Shown here one piece after another: positions 9,501 through 10,502 of a stretch of DNA of 10,502 nucleotides. Origin of the DNA: Tubiluchus corallicola (lineage: Eukaryota > Animalia > Priapulida). The notes below the pieces were generated by a model. That model saw only the letters and a program-made list of their open reading frames with translations. It made no database searches and was not told the origin of the DNA. The position numbers and the translations under genes were made by a program. Numbering within the stretch: position 1 is the first letter of the stretch; each line of letters starts with the position of its first letter. Location: positions 311,711 through 322,212 of the forward strand of contig JAQGDQ010000257.1 of NCBI GenBank assembly GCA_030141605.1. Reading direction: 5' to 3'.

Positions 9501-9768
9501 GTACGCCAGTCCCCACAGGTTGTGAGCCAAAGTACTTTCGTCAATTTTGTCAACAGCAGTGGCATTACATAAGAGTATTTGCAAATACTAATGAATGCGT
9601 AACTTTAATGATAATTTTTTTGTCTGTTTCAGGTTTTCAGTCAGTGTTAATGGAAACCACTTTGTAGATTACCAGTACCGTTACACTCCTATTTCTGACA
9701 TAAATTCGATAACAGTGAACGGCGATATGGAACTTCAGAAGTACATCCAATATGGTACACCTGTGTAA
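5654..9768 (+). CDS. Five-exon gene for a predicted secreted PAN/apple-galectin chimeric protein (264 aa); join(5654..5972,7257..7282,7395..7519,8987..9175,9633..9768)
   Basis: Manual splicing: four GT-AG introns, phases 1,0,2,2; exons 319+26+125+189+136=795 nt with no internal stop. Protein: MAWSRFDSRFLLTVGCVWLSLAVAIVDISNLKKVLIDKNMTGFVLETKNVRSLMGCVRLCVTQPGCIGLSVGPSDDSFLCDVCGPEANGSAKTLIPDFDFYIVDLT-DKHIIPTPR-RPMYLIPFLGPTSLTYSQEIYGGAKVNTTLYLEGRVLDNPN-GIAIRVRIVKSVTDIALKIDSNFETNQTILKSRLNGNWGPEEMAALALEAGQEFSMAIDMLED-KFSVSVNGNHFVDYQYRYTPISDINSITVNGDMELQKYIQYGTPV*. The link between exon 1 and the galectin exons depends on the 26-nt microexon. Confidence 0.75.
5998..6282. repeat. (ATAAT)n pentanucleotide microsatellite in intron 1
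   Basis: Directly visible, one interruption near 6136-6141; starts 25 nt after the exon 1 donor. Confidence 0.98.
6368..6510. repeat. Compound trinucleotide microsatellite (CTG)n...(ACC)8(ACA)8(ACT)21 ACG in intron 1
   Basis: Directly visible stepwise change of unit in a single register from 6391. Confidence 0.97.
7257..7282 (+). CDS. Coding exon 2: 26-nt linker microexon (DKHIIPTPR)
   Basis: Acceptor ttcacctattttcaag| and donor AGA|GTAATA; converts phase 1 (exon 1 end) to phase 0 (exon 3 start) and encodes a Pro-containing linker. The donor is only moderate. Confidence 0.55.
7395..7519 (+). CDS. Coding exon 3: N-terminal part of the galectin-fold domain
   Basis: Acceptor ttgttatacttgtag|, donor GG|GTAGGC (phase 2); YSQEIYGGAKVNTTLYLEGRVLDNPN resembles the galectin start pattern Y...I.GGL..G..I.I.G.V......F. 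Confidence 0.8.
8101..8350 (+). repeat. Diverged ~250-bp direct repeat, copy 1 (intron 3)
   Basis: Collinear shared blocks with 8508-8766: ACGATGCGCTTACG-AAAGTCAC-AAGTTCAC-TGTTAC, TAATTTTCA, TTTTCTAAG/TAAGTGATAACAG, AACATG-TAA, TGTCCTTTCTTTTA. Confidence 0.85.
8508..8766 (+). repeat. Diverged ~250-bp direct repeat, copy 2 (intron 3)
   Basis: Same blocks as copy 1, offset about 410 bp. Confidence 0.85.
8987..9175 (+). CDS. Coding exon 4: central Trp-containing exon of the galectin-fold domain
   Basis: Acceptor ctttattcttttag|, donor AA|GTACGT (phase 2-2); contains DIAL, NGNWGPEE and GQEFSMAI, matching the galectin DIAL / G.WG.EE / G..F.I.I motifs. Confidence 0.88.
9633..9768 (+). CDS. Coding exon 5: C-terminal part of the galectin-fold domain, TAA at 9766-9768
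   Basis: Strong acceptor ttttttgtctgtttcag|; FSVSVNGNHFVDYQYR...INSITVNGDMELQ matches galectin F.V.VNG.H...F.HR...I..I.I.GD..L. Confidence 0.88.
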
Positions 9769-10502
9769 GAGAGAAAAACATTCATACGTACATCCAATAT
9801 GGTACACCTGTGTAAGAGAGAAAAACATTCATACGTACATCCAATATGGTCCACGTGTGTAAGAGAGAAAGACATTCATACATACATCCAATATGGTCCA
9901 CCTGTGTAAGAGAGAAAGGCATTCATACATACATTCAATATGGTCCACCTGTGTAAGAGAGAAAAACATTCATAGGTACATTCAATATGGCCCACCTGTG
10001 TAAGGGAGAAAAACATTCACATGTACATCCAATGTGGTCCACCTGTGTAAGAGAGAAAGACATTCATACGTGCATCCAATATGGCCCACCTGTGTAAGAG
10101 AAAAGTCATTCATACGTACATCCAATATGGTCCACCTGTGTAACAGAGAAAAACATTCATACGTACATTCAATATGGTACACCTGTGTAACAGAGAAAAA
10201 CATTCATATGTACATCCAATGTGGTCCACCTGTGTAAGAGAGAAAGACATTCATACGTACATCCAATATGGTCCACCTGTGTAACAGAGAAAAACATTCA
10301 TACGTGCATCCAATATGGCCCACCCGTGTAAGAGAAAAAACATTCATAGGTACATCCAATATGGCCCACCTGTGTAATAGAGAAAAACATTCATAGGTAC
10401 ATTCAATATGGTCCACCTGTGTAAGAGAGAATAACATTCATAGGTACATTCAATATGGTCCACCTGTGTAAGAGAGAAAAACATCCATACGTACATCCAA
10501 TA
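9741..10502 (+). repeat. 47-bp minisatellite, 16 full units plus a partial one, truncated by the window end
   Basis: Unit GTACATCCAATATGGTMCACCTGTGTAAGAGAGAAAAACATTCATAC starting at 9741, 9788, 9835, 9882, 9929, 9976, 10023, 10070, 10116, 10163, 10210, 10257, 10304, 10350, 10397, 10444, 10491; two units are 46 bp. Confidence 0.98.

Noticed and set aside
8320-9667. Short ORFs 8320-8502(+), 8674-8868(-), 8975-9184(-), 9320-9565(-), 9479-9667(+)
   Set aside because: Intronic or antisense to exon 4, with no recognisable motifs.
9637-10437. ORFs 9637-9828(-), 9982-10203(-), 10034-10237(+), 10204-10437(-)
   Set aside because: Translations of the 47-bp minisatellite or the antisense of exon 5; the unit length is not a multiple of three.
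9741-10502. CRISPR array
   Set aside because: Units are head-to-tail and near-identical over their whole length with no unique spacers; no cas genes; the context is eukaryotic with spliceosomal introns.

Overview
AT-rich eukaryotic (metazoan invertebrate, plausibly mollusc/lophotrochozoan) genomic DNA, not prokaryotic. The left half holds decayed retroelements (a Ty3/gypsy RT-connection/RNase H relic at 1513-1965 on +, a non-LTR LINE relic at about 2200-3090 on -), a modular 9/13-bp minisatellite and long microsatellites. The right half holds a five-exon gene that the ORF track shows only in fragments: join(5654..5972,7257..7282,7395..7519,8987..9175,9633..9768). All introns are GT-AG with matching phases, giving a 795-nt CDS and a 264-aa protein: signal peptide + PAN/apple-like Cys domain + galectin-fold domain that has lost most canonical beta-galactoside-binding residues. 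The last codons and stop of this gene form the first unit of a 47-bp minisatellite that runs off the window end. Intron 3 carries a diverged ~250-bp duplication whose copies differ by a micro-inversion. All splicing and domain calls were made by eye, without database searches.
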